Shown one piece after another: positions 8,369-18,210 of a DNA stretch of 58,716 nt. The notes below the pieces were generated by a model that was not told the DNA's origin, made no database searches, and was given only the letters and a program-made list of their open reading frames with translations. The stretch comes from Eubacteriales bacterium (GTDB lineage Bacteria; Bacillota; Clostridia; Oscillospirales; CAG-382). Every line of letters starts with the position of its first letter. Positions within the stretch are counted from its first letter, which is position 1. The translations under genes were made by a program, and so were the position numbers. The stretch is from assembly GCA_045643125.1 (NCBI GenBank), contig JAZUKE010000006.1, positions 1 through 58,716 on the forward strand. The letters run 5' to 3'.

Positions 8369-9975
8369 TTACGCTTTACCATGCTCTTTTCCCAAACGGA
8401 AGGAGCTTCCTCTCCAAGCAGAGTGACTACGGTAGACGCGACGTTGGCAAGGCCGTATTCGCCGTCGATACATTCGTAGCTGTTTTCGTTGTTGTTGTCG
8501 TAGATATAAAACGGTACTTTGTTGAGCGTGTGGCTCGTTTTGAGAGCGGTCTTGCCCTCTTTGTTCTTCTTCGGCTCGCCGGTCTTCTTGTCAAGCTCGA
8601 ACATTTCGTCGGCGTTGCCGTGGTCTGCGGTGATGAGGCAGATGCCGTTCACCTTGTCAACGGCTTTGAGTATTCTCGCAAGGCAGATATCGACCGATTC
8701 GACGGCGATCTGAGTGGCGTCGAACGAGCCGGTATGACCTACCATATCGCCGTTGGGGAAATTGCATCTGAGAAAATCGAATTCGCCGGAAAGTATCTTT
8801 TCGGTGAGAACGTCGGTGATCTCGGCGCATTTCATCCAGGGACGCTGTTCAAACGGAACGACGTCGGACGGGATCTCTATATACTCTTCAAGCTCTTCCG
8901 AGAATTTGCCGCTTCTGTTTCCGTTCCAGAAATAGGTGACGTGACCGTATTTCTGCGTTTCGGATATCGCAAGCTGTCTGTAACCTTTGTTTACGAGGAA
9001 TTCGCTCATCGTATTGGTGATCTCGGGCGGGTTTACAAGGAACTTGGACGGGATGTGAGCGTCGCCGTCGTATTCGAGCATACCGGCGTAAAGCACCTTA
9101 ACGTCTTTCTTCTTCTCGAACTTGACGTCTCTGTTTTCAAACGTGCGGGAGATCTCGATGGCTCTGTCACCGCGGAAGTTGTAGAAAATAACGCTGTCGC
9201 CGTCGTTTATCGTGCCTACGGGGCAGCCGTCCTTTGCAATGACGAAAGGAGGAAGATCCTGGTCGATCTTTCCGGTCTCGGCTCTGTAAGTCGTGACCGC
9301 TTCTTCCGCGGAAGCGAACTGTCTGCCTTCGCCGAGGACGTGAGTGTTCCAGCCAAGCTCCACCATCTTCCAGTTGGCTTCGTATCTGTCCATAGTGATG
9401 ACCATACGTCCGCCGCCGGATGCTATGCAGGCATCGAAAGAATCGTCGTTCAAGGAAGCAAGGAAATCTTCAAAAGGACGGATATATTCGAGAGCGCTCG
9501 TTTCGCCTACGTCACGGCCGTCGAGCAGGGTGTGTATTCTTACTCTCTTTACGCCGTCGGCTTTGGCCTGCTTTATCATAGCCTTGAGGTGGTCGATGTG
9601 CGAATGTACGTTGCCGTCGGAGAAAAGTCCGAGGAAGTGGAGAGTCGTTCCGCATTTGACGCAGTTCCCGACAAGCTCGTTCCACGTTGAGGACTTATAT
9701 ATTTTACCCGTTTCTATCGCGTTTGAAACAAGCTTTGCACCCTGTGCAAAAACCTGTCCGGCACCGAGTGCGTTGTGACCGACTTCGCTGTTGCCCATAT
9801 CGTCATCGGAGGGAAGTCCCACAGCCGTTCCGTGCGCTTTGAGAAGGAAATGCGGGTATTTTTCGCCAAGCATATCAAGCACGGGAGTGTTTGCCGCAAG
9901 TACGGCGTTGCCCGCTTTATTCGGCGTATATCCCACGCCGTCCATAACTACTAAAACTATTGGTCTTTTTTCCAT
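8365..9975 (-). CDS. gpmI: 2,3-bisphosphoglycerate-independent phosphoglycerate mutase
   Basis: MEKRPIVLVVMDGVG...DDDMGNSEVGHNALGAGQ... Start trimmed from 10047 to ATG 9975, which is preceded by AAGGAGA. Confidence 0.9.
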   Translation of the reverse strand: MEKRPIVLVVMDGVGYTPNKAGNAVLAANTPVLDMLGEKYPHFLLKAHGTAVGLPSDDDMGNSEVGHNALGAGQVFAQGAKLVSNAIETGKIYKSSTWNELVGNCVKCGTTLHFLGLFSDGNVHSHIDHLKAMIKQAKADGVKRVRIHTLLDGRDVGETSALEYIRPFEDFLASLNDDSFDACIASGGGRMVITMDRYEANWKMVELGWNTHVLGEGRQFASAEEAVTTYRAETGKIDQDLPPFVIAKDGCPVGTINDGDSVIFYNFRGDRAIEISRTFENRDVKFEKKKDVKVLYAGMLEYDGDAHIPSKFLVNPPEITNTMSEFLVNKGYRQLAISETQKYGHVTYFWNGNRSGKFSEELEEYIEIPSDVVPFEQRPWMKCAEITDVLTEKILSGEFDFLRCNFPNGDMVGHTGSFDATQIAVESVDICLARILKAVDKVNGICLITADHGNADEMFELDKKTGEPKKNKEGKTALKTSHTLNKVPFYIYDNNNENSYECIDGEYGLANVASTVVTLLGEEAPSVWEKSMVKRK

Positions 9976-10183
9976 TGTGTCATTCTCCTTGATAGGTAAA
10001 ATCTGTCTGGTTCCGCCGTGCGATCCGAAAATGCCGACGGTACACATTTATACAATTTATGATTATACAACAACAAAAAAGAAATTGCAACGGATTTTTC
10101 AAATATTTTTGCCGTCTTTTGAAATTGATTTTATTATATTGAAGAAAATTTCAATGTTGTCGTATTTTATTTACCTTTTATTA

Positions 10184-10212
10184 TTGATTTTTCGTTTCCG
10201 GTGTGTTATTAT
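10184..10212 (+). promoter_or_regulatory. Candidate sigma-A promoter for the long plus-strand gene train
   Basis: TTGATT, 17-nt spacer, TATTAT, in the AT-rich divergent intergenic region 10048-10252. Confidence 0.35.
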
Positions 10213-10273
10213 ATGATGATACAATAAGCGTACTATAGAACGACTTTGCTGATTGCGGAAGGCGGTGACGATA

Positions 10274-11131
10274 TTGTTCGGTTATATCAGACCCGAACAG
10301 AGCGAACTGCTTGTAAAGGAAAACGAATTTTACAAGGCGGTTTACTGCGGCATCTGCCGCGAAGGCGGGAAAAAGATATCACGCTTCACGCGGTTTTTAC
10401 TCAATCACGATTTCGTGTTTCTCTGCATCATCCGTATGGCTGTCACGGGCGAAAAGCCAGAAGCGGTGCGGAAGCGCTGCCCGTACGGACTCAGAAAGAA
10501 ATGTATGGTCTGCGTCAGCCCGTCGCTCGACTATACCTGCGCATCCTTCGGGCTGCTTATGTATTACAAGGTGCTTGACGATGTGAACGATTCAAAGGGA
10601 ATAAAGAAGTTATCAAAAAAACTCCTGCTGCCGTTCGTGTCGCCTATGCGTAAAAAAGCGTCAAAAATGTGCCCCTGCCTCGAAGACTGCATTGCCGACG
10701 GTATCTCGGCACTCTCGGACACAGAAAAGGAAAACTGCCGCATCCCCGATAAAGCTGCCGATATTTTTGCGTCCCTGCTCGGTGATGTAGTGTCTTACGG
10801 CACGACGGGCGAAAAGAGAAGCATACTTTACGACTGCGGTTATCATATCGGAAGATACGTTTATCTGATAGATGCTTTCGAGGACTGCGTTTCCGACGAA
10901 AAGAAAGGCGCTTTCAACGTGCTTGTCAACCGTTTCGGCTCGGCGGAAAAGGTCATCGAAAACGCCGAAACCATACACAAAACGCTTGACGACAGTATTT
11001 CGGCTTTCTGCGCCTCGTATGAAAAGAACGAAAAGACGGCGTTCGACAGACTTATTTACAACATCGCACAGCTCGGATCGGGGAATGCCTATGCAAAGTC
11101 CCTCGACAAACTGAAAGGAACCGACAAATGA
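10274..11131 (+). CDS. DUF5685-like Cys-rich protein
   Basis: N-terminus [30 protein letters not shown] matches my recollection of DUF5685. The ORF opens at TTG 10253; I prefer TTG 10274, downstream of GGAAGG. The stop overlaps the next start (ATGA). Confidence 0.55.
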   Translation: MFGYIRPEQSELLVKENEFYKAVYCGICREGGKKISRFTRFLLNHDFVFLCIIRMAVTGEKPEAVRKRCPYGLRKKCMVCVSPSLDYTCASFGLLMYYKVLDDVNDSKGIKKLSKKLLLPFVSPMRKKASKMCPCLEDCIADGISALSDTEKENCRIPDKAADIFASLLGDVVSYGTTGEKRSILYDCGYHIGRYVYLIDAFEDCVSDEKKGAFNVLVNRFGSAEKVIENAETIHKTLDDSISAFCASYEKNEKTAFDRLIYNIAQLGSGNAYAKSLDKLKGTDK

Positions 11132-11724
11132 CTGATCCCTACAAGGTACTCGGAGTGAGCCCGTCGGCAACGGACGACGAAATAAAAAAAGCATATCGCG
11201 CTCTTGCCAAAAAATATCATCCCGACAGCTACGTCAATACCCCGTTTGCCGATATGGCAAACGAAAAAATGAAAGAAATAAACGAAGCCTACGAGATGAT
11301 ACAGAAAGCGCGTTCTTCGGGCGGAGCTTCCGGCACGTCGTACAACGGCAATTACTCCGGCGCGTATTCCGAAGGGGATATATATACCCGTGTCCGCATA
11401 CTCATACGTCAGGGCAGATATTCCGAAGCGGATATCCTGCTTTCGCGTGAAAATGCGCCGAACGATCCGGAATGGCTGTACCTTACCGGCGTCGTGTATT
11501 ATCACAAGGGCTGGCTGATGGAAGCCAGGGAAAATCTCGAAAAAGCGTGTGAGCTTGCCCCCGGCAACAACGAATACCGCGAAGCGCTGAATATGTTTGC
11601 GGCACGTTCGGCGGATTCACCGTACAACACCACGCAGATGACCACCGGCTGCTCCGGCTGTGATATTTGTATGGGACTTATGTGCGCCCAGATGTGCTGC
11701 GGCGGACGCGGAGGCTGCTGTTAG
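11128..11724 (+). CDS. J-domain protein with TPR-like middle and Cys-string C-terminus
   Basis: J domain [31 protein letters not shown] (HPD motif). The last 24 residues contain 8 Cys ([24 protein letters not shown]). Confidence 0.85.
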   Translation: MTDPYKVLGVSPSATDDEIKKAYRALAKKYHPDSYVNTPFADMANEKMKEINEAYEMIQKARSSGGASGTSYNGNYSGAYSEGDIYTRVRILIRQGRYSEADILLSRENAPNDPEWLYLTGVVYYHKGWLMEARENLEKACELAPGNNEYREALNMFAARSADSPYNTTQMTTGCSGCDICMGLMCAQMCCGGRGGCC

Positions 11725-12240
11725 ATGAAAACAAAAACAAAACGTGTGGCACTTTCGGGTGTGCTTTCGGCAGTGGCGATACTGCTTATGTCGATAGGCA
11801 GCATCATCACCGTGCTTGATATGTCGGTCGCATTTTTGGCGGGATTCTGCGTCATAATAGCCCGTATCGAGCTTGACAGAACATCGGCGTGGGGCGTCTA
11901 CCTTGTGTCGGGTGTCCTTGCGTTCGTACTGCTGCCGAACAAATTCGTAGGCGTCGCCTTCCTCTGCTACGGCGGCATCTACCCGATAATCAAGGAACTT
12001 TGCGAAAAGATAAAAATCAAATGGCTTATGTGGGCGGCAAAGTTGGTCTCTTCCAACGTACTGCTGACTCTCATAATATGGCTCGGCAAATATTTCACCG
12101 TGGCGACGGATGACGCGCTCGGCTTCGAAATATGGATATATTTACTCGGTATCGTGATATTTATTGCTTATGACATAGCGCTGACACTCGTGATAACAAG
12201 GTATTATCAGCTGTTCAGGCGCAGAAGGAGCGGAAAATGA
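11725..12240 (+). CDS. Multi-pass membrane protein of unknown function
   Basis: 171 aa with about 5 hydrophobic helices. It starts immediately after the J-protein stop and overlaps yicC by 4 nt. Confidence 0.6.
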   Translation: MKTKTKRVALSGVLSAVAILLMSIGSIITVLDMSVAFLAGFCVIIARIELDRTSAWGVYLVSGVLAFVLLPNKFVGVAFLCYGGIYPIIKELCEKIKIKWLMWAAKLVSSNVLLTLIIWLGKYFTVATDDALGFEIWIYLLGIVIFIAYDIALTLVITRYYQLFRRRRSGK

Positions 12241-13115
12241 TAAGAAGTATGACAGGCTACGGCAGATGCAGGGAAAGCATCGGAAGCCGCGATATCACCG
12301 TTGAAATAAGGTCGGTAAACAGCCGTTACCTTGAAACCACGGTAAAAATGAACCGTCTTTACGGTGCGCTGGAAGACAGAGTGAAACGTCTTGCGTCGTC
12401 GTATATCTCGCGCGGGAAAGTCGATATCTATGTCGGCGTTGACAATACCGAGGGCGACAAGGTAGAACTTTCGCTCAACCGCGAATATCTCGAAGGCTAT
12501 ATCGGCGCGCTCAACACCATAAAACGCGATTACGGCGTGGACGGAGAGATAAACCTGCGTCTTCTTGCGGGCAAGCCCGACGTGTTCATCTCGCGCAAGC
12601 CCGATGAAGATATGGAAGAACTTTGGAAAGACGTTGAATGTGTTGCCGTCAAAGCTTTCGGCGCATATCTCGAAATGCGCGGAGTCGAGGGCGAACGCCT
12701 TAAAAACGACGTTATCGCAAGACTTGACGCGATAGAAGCAATGAGAAACCGTCTTGTCGAGCTGTCCCCCGTTTCGGTCAAGGCGGCAAACGACAAAATG
12801 ATCGAAAGAATAAAAACTCTCCTTGATGGCGTTCCCGTCGATGAATCAAAGCTGCTCACCGAGTGTGCATCTTACGCCGACAAATGCGACGTCACCGAGG
12901 AAATGGTCAGACTTCAGAGCCATATCCGTCAGTTCCGCGATATGCTCGAAAGCGACAACGCCATAGGAAAGAAAATGGATTTCCTCATTCAGGAGATAAA
13001 CAGGGAAGTCAACACTACCGGCTCCAAATGCAACGATACCGAAATGTCGCATATCGTCATCGAAGCCAAGAGCGAAATAGAAAAAATACGCGAACAGATA
13101 CAGAACATAGAATGA
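12237..13115 (+). CDS. yicC: YicC/YloC family stress-induced endoribonuclease
   Basis: MIRSMTGYGR... N-terminus and REQIQNIE C-terminus, typical of YicC. Confidence 0.9.
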   Translation: MIRSMTGYGRCRESIGSRDITVEIRSVNSRYLETTVKMNRLYGALEDRVKRLASSYISRGKVDIYVGVDNTEGDKVELSLNREYLEGYIGALNTIKRDYGVDGEINLRLLAGKPDVFISRKPDEDMEELWKDVECVAVKAFGAYLEMRGVEGERLKNDVIARLDAIEAMRNRLVELSPVSVKAANDKMIERIKTLLDGVPVDESKLLTECASYADKCDVTEEMVRLQSHIRQFRDMLESDNAIGKKMDFLIQEINREVNTTGSKCNDTEMSHIVIEAKSEIEKIREQIQNIE

Positions 13116-13132
13116 TCAAGAAGGTAAACGAA

Positions 13133-13369
13133 ATGGATTTTATTGACGTAGGCTTCGGCAATACGGTGAACACGTCCCGCGTTGTCTGCATTATGTCGCC
13201 GGATTCGCTCCCCGTGAGAAGACTCGTTCAGGACGCAAAGAACGCGAACAGAGTCATCGACGTGAGCTGCGGCAAAAAAACGAGATCGGTCATCATCACC
13301 GACAGCGATCACTACATACTTTCCGCCGAGGAAGTAAACGAACTGACCGAAAGGATAAACGGAAAATGA
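13133..13369 (+). CDS. remA: RemA/YlzA (DUF370) regulatory protein
   Basis: DVGFGNTVNTSRVVCIMSPDSLPVRRLVQDAKNANRVIDVSCGKKTRSVIITDSDHYILSA. ATG 13133 follows GAAGG; the alternative ATG is at 13112. Confidence 0.85.
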   Translation: MDFIDVGFGNTVNTSRVVCIMSPDSLPVRRLVQDAKNANRVIDVSCGKKTRSVIITDSDHYILSAEEVNELTERINGK

Positions 13370-13959
13370 AAAAAGGATTGCTTCTTGTGATATCCGGACC
13401 TTCGGGCGTCGGAAAAGGAACGATAATAAATTCGCTGCTTTGCGACGAGAATATGGCATATTCCGTGTCGGCAACGACAAGGGCTCCGCGTCCCGGCGAA
13501 GTTGACGGAGTGAACTATTACTACATAACGAAGGATGAATTCAGAACTCTCATCGACAACGGCGATGTTCTCGAATACGCCGAATATGCCGGGAACTTTT
13601 ACGGCACACCGCGTAAATTCGTCGAGCAGAAGCTGAACGAGGGCAAAAGCGTGGTGCTTGAGATAGAGACCTGCGGCGCTATGCAGATAAAAAAGAAGAT
13701 GCCGTCAGCCGTGCTTATCTTTATATGTCCGCCCTCGATGGAAGAACTCGAATCCAGACTCCGCGGCAGAGGGACCGAGACCGAAGAGGTCGTCCTCAGA
13801 CGTCTTGAACAGGCACGTCACGAAATAGGTCTTATCCCCGAATACGACTACGCCGTAGTGAACGAAAACGGCGAATGGGAAAAGGCGGCGCAGACGCTGA
13901 AGGATATCGTGAACGCCGAACAACATTCCACCGTAAGGTGCGAATATCCGAAACTGTAA
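13366..13959 (+). CDS. gmk: Guanylate kinase
   Basis: P-loop ISGPSGVGKGT, SATTRAPRPGEVDGVNYYY. Confidence 0.95.
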   Translation: MKKGLLLVISGPSGVGKGTIINSLLCDENMAYSVSATTRAPRPGEVDGVNYYYITKDEFRTLIDNGDVLEYAEYAGNFYGTPRKFVEQKLNEGKSVVLEIETCGAMQIKKKMPSAVLIFICPPSMEELESRLRGRGTETEEVVLRRLEQARHEIGLIPEYDYAVVNENGEWEKAAQTLKDIVNAEQHSTVRCEYPKL

Positions 13960-13997
13960 AAAAATAAAAAAGTAACATATATTTAAGGAGAAATACT

Positions 13998-14282
13998 ATG
14001 CTTTATCCGTCCATACAGAATCTTACCAACGACAAGCTCAACCGTTATTCACTCGTTATCGCCACTTCAAAGGGCGCACGCTGCATCACCGACAAGTCCA
14101 ATCACGAGCGTGAAGAAGCCGAAATGCGTCACGAAGAACGCGCAAAGGACGCAAAATTCGAATTCGACCTCAATAACGAAAAAGCCGTGTCTCTTGCCAT
14201 CGAAAAGATCGTTGACAGAAAATATAAAATAATCATCAATAACGAAGTCGTAGACTACGGCGACGGAAACGCTGACAAATAA
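13998..14282 (+). CDS. rpoZ: DNA-directed RNA polymerase subunit omega
   Basis: MLYPSIQNLTNDKLNRYSLVIATSKGAR. Position after gmk, with RBS AAGGAGA. Confidence 0.8.
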   Translation: MLYPSIQNLTNDKLNRYSLVIATSKGARCITDKSNHEREEAEMRHEERAKDAKFEFDLNNEKAVSLAIEKIVDRKYKIIINNEVVDYGDGNADK

Positions 14283-14293
14283 CTGCTTTTCCT

Positions 14294-16756
14294 ATGGAAA
14301 AACTCTATGCTTCCGTCCGCATACTGAACGCTTCAAACCGTTTTGACCGCGAATATACCTATTTTCTTCTGCCCGAGATGCGTAACAGCGCCCGAAAGGG
14401 TACTATGTGTTCCGTGCCTTACGGCAACTCAAACAAGCTCCGCACGGGTGTCATAGTCGGCTTTGCCGACGAATGCGAATATCCGCAGATCAAGCCGATA
14501 AGCGAGATATTCGAGTACCCCGTCAGTCTTACCGAAGAAACGATAGGGCTTTGCGCCTTTATGAAAGAACGCTGCTTCTGCACCTTCGGTTCGGCGTTCC
14601 GCACCGTGCTTCCCGCCGGTCAGGAGATAGAAAACGAAGTGTATTGCGAAGCTCTGCCTTACGATACCTCGCTTCTCAACGAAAAGGGAGCTTTTCTGCA
14701 CGAGCGTCTGACCGAGACCGGGAAGACCAAAGAAGCCGATCTCGTCCTCGAATTCGGTGACGACGTGAAACTGCTCATATCGTCGCTGTCGCGCCTCGGC
14801 GCGCTGAAAGTCACGACCGTTTCGAGAAAGCGCATCAACGAAAAGAAAACCCTCGTTTACCGCCTTTCCGATACGGACGAAGCCGCTTTTGCGTCCGAAA
14901 ACCCCGAAAGCCTCAAAAGCGAAAAGCAAAGGGCAATAGTGTCGTTCTTAAGGGACGGCGGCATCATTTCCGTTTCCGAAGCGGAGGAGATGTTCGGCGT
15001 TTCGCAGTCGGTGCTGACGACTCTTTCAAAAGCGGGCATAGTCGAAAGATACGAACGTCGTGATGAGAGAAACTATATCTCTTCTTCCGACGACGCGACT
15101 TACAACGATTCGCCGCTTTCTCCCGACCAGGAAAACGCGTTCGGCGTGATAAAAGGGCTTATGGAAAGCGGAGAAGCGAAAGCCGCGCTGCTCTACGGAG
15201 TGACCGGAAGCGGAAAGACGCGCGTCATCATCGAAGCCTGCCGCAAAACGGTGGAAACGGGGAAGAAAGCGATAGTCCTCGTGCCGGAGATAGGTCTTAC
15301 CGCGCAGGCGGTCGGCATTTACCGTCACGCTTTCGGCGACAGACTTGCCGTTCTTCATTCGATGCTTTCGGTCGGCGAAAAACTCGATACCTGCCGCAGG
15401 ATACAAAACGGCGACGTCGACGTGGTCATAGGAACGCGCTCGGCGGTGTTTGCACCGTTTCGGGATCTCGGTCTTATCGTGATGGACGAGGAGCAGGAGC
15501 ATACCTATAAATCCGAAAACACACCAAAATATCACGCCCGCGATATCGCGCGTTACAGATGCGCTTACAACAAGTGCCTTATGCTGCTTGCGTCGGCGAC
15601 TCCGTCGGTAGAAAGCTTTTACAAGGCGCAGTCGGGCATATATACGCTTATCCGTCTTGACAAGCGCTACGGCAGCGCTTCGCTTCCGACGTGTTCCGTT
15701 ATCGACGTCAGAAACGACGAAAGAACGGACGACGGAAAGATAATTTCGTCTTCTCTCGCCGAAAAGCTCAAAAAGACGGTGGAAAACGGAAGACAGGCAA
15801 TACTTTTCGTAAACAGACGCGGTTATAATTCGCATCTGTCGTGTATGAAATGCGGTCACGTTTTCACCTGCCCGAACTGCTCGGTGTCGCTGACGTACCA
15901 CGCTTACGGCGACGCTATGCGCAAAAACAAACTCGTCTGCCATTACTGCGGTTACGTCCTTAACAAGCCGGACAAGTGCCCCGAATGTGAAAGCGAGCAT
16001 ATAGGCTATTCGGGCTACGGCACGCAGAAACTGCAGGATGAGCTTGAAAACGATTTTCCGTATATCAAAGCGGTGCGTATGGACGCGGACACGACCGAAG
16101 CGAAGCATTCGCACGAAGAAATAGTCCATTCGTTCGCTGCCGGGAAATACGACCTGCTTTTCGGCACGCAGATGGTGTCAAAGGGGCTTGATTTCCCCAA
16201 AGTGTCGCTCGTCGGTGTCGTTTCAGCCGATTCGTCCCTGTTTATGAACGATTTCCGCGCAGGCGAAAGGACGTTTTCGCTTTTCACTCAGCTTGCGGGC
16301 AGAGCCGGAAGAAGCGGAGAAAAGGGAGAAGCGCTGTTCCAGACCTACACTCCCGAAAACGAAATACTCCGTCTGTCTCTCACGCAGGATTACGACAGAT
16401 TCTACAAGAGCGAGATAGCGCTGCGCAAAGCGGTACTGTTCCCTCCGTTCTGCGATATCGCCGTGTTCACGTTCTCGGCAGAGACCGAAAGCGACGTGCT
16501 TGCCTCGTCGGTCTCGATGAGCGGACTTATCGCGGGGCTGCATATCCGCAAGTATTCGTCTCTCCCGATGATAAAGCTCGGACCTTATAAAGAAGAAATT
16601 TTCAAGCTCCGCAATAAATACCGTCAAAGGATAATAATAAAATATCAGGACAAGGCGGCGTCCCGCGCTTTCCTTGCCGAAGCGTACGACGAAATAACAC
16701 GCGCTCTGCCCAAGACGGTAAAAGCGGACATAGACATAAATCCTACAATAATTTAA
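14294..16756 (+). CDS. priA: Primosomal protein N' (replication restart helicase)
   Basis: Walker A GVTGSGKT, DEEQE box, and Cys-rich zinc insert CMKCGHVFTCPNCSVSLTYH...CHYCG...CPEC. Confidence 0.9.
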   Translation: MEKLYASVRILNASNRFDREYTYFLLPEMRNSARKGTMCSVPYGNSNKLRTGVIVGFADECEYPQIKPISEIFEYPVSLTEETIGLCAFMKERCFCTFGSAFRTVLPAGQEIENEVYCEALPYDTSLLNEKGAFLHERLTETGKTKEADLVLEFGDDVKLLISSLSRLGALKVTTVSRKRINEKKTLVYRLSDTDEAAFASENPESLKSEKQRAIVSFLRDGGIISVSEAEEMFGVSQSVLTTLSKAGIVERYERRDERNYISSSDDATYNDSPLSPDQENAFGVIKGLMESGEAKAALLYGVTGSGKTRVIIEACRKTVETGKKAIVLVPEIGLTAQAVGIYRHAFGDRLAVLHSMLSVGEKLDTCRRIQNGDVDVVIGTRSAVFAPFRDLGLIVMDEEQEHTYKSENTPKYHARDIARYRCAYNKCLMLLASATPSVESFYKAQSGIYTLIRLDKRYGSASLPTCSVIDVRNDERTDDGKIISSSLAEKLKKTVENGRQAILFVNRRGYNSHLSCMKCGHVFTCPNCSVSLTYHAYGDAMRKNKLVCHYCGYVLNKPDKCPECESEHIGYSGYGTQKLQDELENDFPYIKAVRMDADTTEAKHSHEEIVHSFAAGKYDLLFGTQMVSKGLDFPKVSLVGVVSADSSLFMNDFRAGERTFSLFTQLAGRAGRSGEKGEALFQTYTPENEILRLSLTQDYDRFYKSEIALRKAVLFPPFCDIAVFTFSAETESDVLASSVSMSGLIAGLHIRKYSSLPMIKLGPYKEEIFKLRNKYRQRIIIKYQDKAASRAFLAEAYDEITRALPKTVKADIDINPTII

Positions 16757-16773
16757 TGCAAGAGGTGCATAAT

Positions 16774-17241
16774 ATGGCATTACTTAATATCGTAAAAGAG
16801 GGCGACGAAATACTGCGCAAAAAGAGCCGTCCCGTCGAAAAGATCACGCCGCGCATACTCACTCTGCTTGACGATATGCACGATACGCTCCGCGAAGCCA
16901 ACGGTGTGGGACTTGCCGCACCGCAGGTCGGCGTGCTTCGCAGAATAGTCCTTGTCGATAACGGCAGCGAAGTGCTTGAACTCATCAATCCCGAAATAAT
17001 CGCCGTCGAAGGCGAGCAGGAGGAAGTCGAAGCCTGCCTTTCCTGCCCCGGCAAATGGGGGCTCGTAAAACGTCCCGCAAAGGTCACGATAAGCGCACTT
17101 GACAGAAACGGCGTAAAACAGACCTACACCGACGTCGGACTCACCGCACGCTGCTTCTGCCACGAAACGGATCATCTTGACGGCATACTGTATATCGACA
17201 AAGCGACGCGTATGCTCGATCCCGACGAGATAGAACAATAA
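16774..17241 (+). CDS. def: Peptide deformylase
   Basis: GVGLAAPQVG, EACLSCPG and HETDHLDG motifs. Start trimmed to ATG 16774, after AGAGGTG. Confidence 0.9.
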   Translation: MALLNIVKEGDEILRKKSRPVEKITPRILTLLDDMHDTLREANGVGLAAPQVGVLRRIVLVDNGSEVLELINPEIIAVEGEQEEVEACLSCPGKWGLVKRPAKVTISALDRNGVKQTYTDVGLTARCFCHETDHLDGILYIDKATRMLDPDEIEQ

Positions 17242-17281
17242 AAAACAACAAGCATTATCACAAAAAGGTATTAATAATATA

Positions 17282-18187
17282 ATGAAAGCAGTTTTTTTCG
17301 GCACACCCGACATAGCCTCCGCCTGCCTTGAACGTCTTATCGCCGTCGGCGTTGACGTGATATACGTCGTCACCCGTGCGGACAAACCCAAGGGCAGAGG
17401 CTACAAGGTCGAATTTTCACCCGTCAAGCAGACGGCTCTCGACCATAATATCCCCGTATATCAGCCCGCGACTCTGCGTGACGGCGAAGCGTTTGAGCTT
17501 CTTTCGTCGCTCGGCGCGGACGTGTTCATCACCGTCGCTTACGGACGCATACTTCCGCCCGATATACTCGCCATCCCGCCTATGGGCTGCATCAATATGC
17601 ACGCTTCTCTGCTCCCGTATCTCCGCGGAGCGTCACCGATCAACCGCGCAATTATGAACGGCGACAAGACGGGCGGCGTCACGGTTATGTATATGGACGA
17701 GGGTATGGATACCGGCGATATCGTACTTCAGAAGACAGTGGATATCCCCGACGATATGGATTTCGGGACGTATTACGACGTCATAACTAACCTCGGATGC
17801 GATGCGCTTGAAGAATATGTAAAAATCGCGTCAAACGGCGAAGTGACACGCACGCCGCAGGATCATTCGCTTGCGACTTACGCGCCGAAAGTGGAAAAAG
17901 AAGAAACTCTGCTTGATTTCAACGACAGCCGTGAAAACGTATACAACAAGATCCGCGGACTTTCTCCGTCGCCGTGTGCATATACTTTCCTTGCCGGAAA
18001 GCGCGTAAAGATACACAAAGCCGTCAAGGGTGACGGCAAAGGCGAACCGGGAAGCGTCATTTCGGCGTCCAAACGCGGAATAGAGATCGCCGTTTCCGAC
18101 GGAAGCATCATCATCACGTCTCTCCAGCCCGAAGGCAAAGGCGTAATGGCATCTCAGGCGTTTCTTGCGGGCAACAAAGTCATTTAG
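17282..18187 (+). CDS. fmt: Methionyl-tRNA formyltransferase
   Basis: MKAVFFGTPD..., INMHASLLPYLRGASPI. Confidence 0.9.
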   Translation: MKAVFFGTPDIASACLERLIAVGVDVIYVVTRADKPKGRGYKVEFSPVKQTALDHNIPVYQPATLRDGEAFELLSSLGADVFITVAYGRILPPDILAIPPMGCINMHASLLPYLRGASPINRAIMNGDKTGGVTVMYMDEGMDTGDIVLQKTVDIPDDMDFGTYYDVITNLGCDALEEYVKIASNGEVTRTPQDHSLATYAPKVEKEETLLDFNDSRENVYNKIRGLSPSPCAYTFLAGKRVKIHKAVKGDGKGEPGSVISASKRGIEIAVSDGSIIITSLQPEGKGVMASQAFLAGNKVI

Positions 18188-18210
18188 AAATATCCGGAAG
18201 GAGCGGTTTT

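Noticed and set aside
8248-9690. 480-aa plus-strand ORF
   Set aside because: Antisense to gpmI, with no motifs. The same reasoning applies to 15026..16129 (antisense to priA) and 32164..33258 (antisense to the FkbH-like gene).
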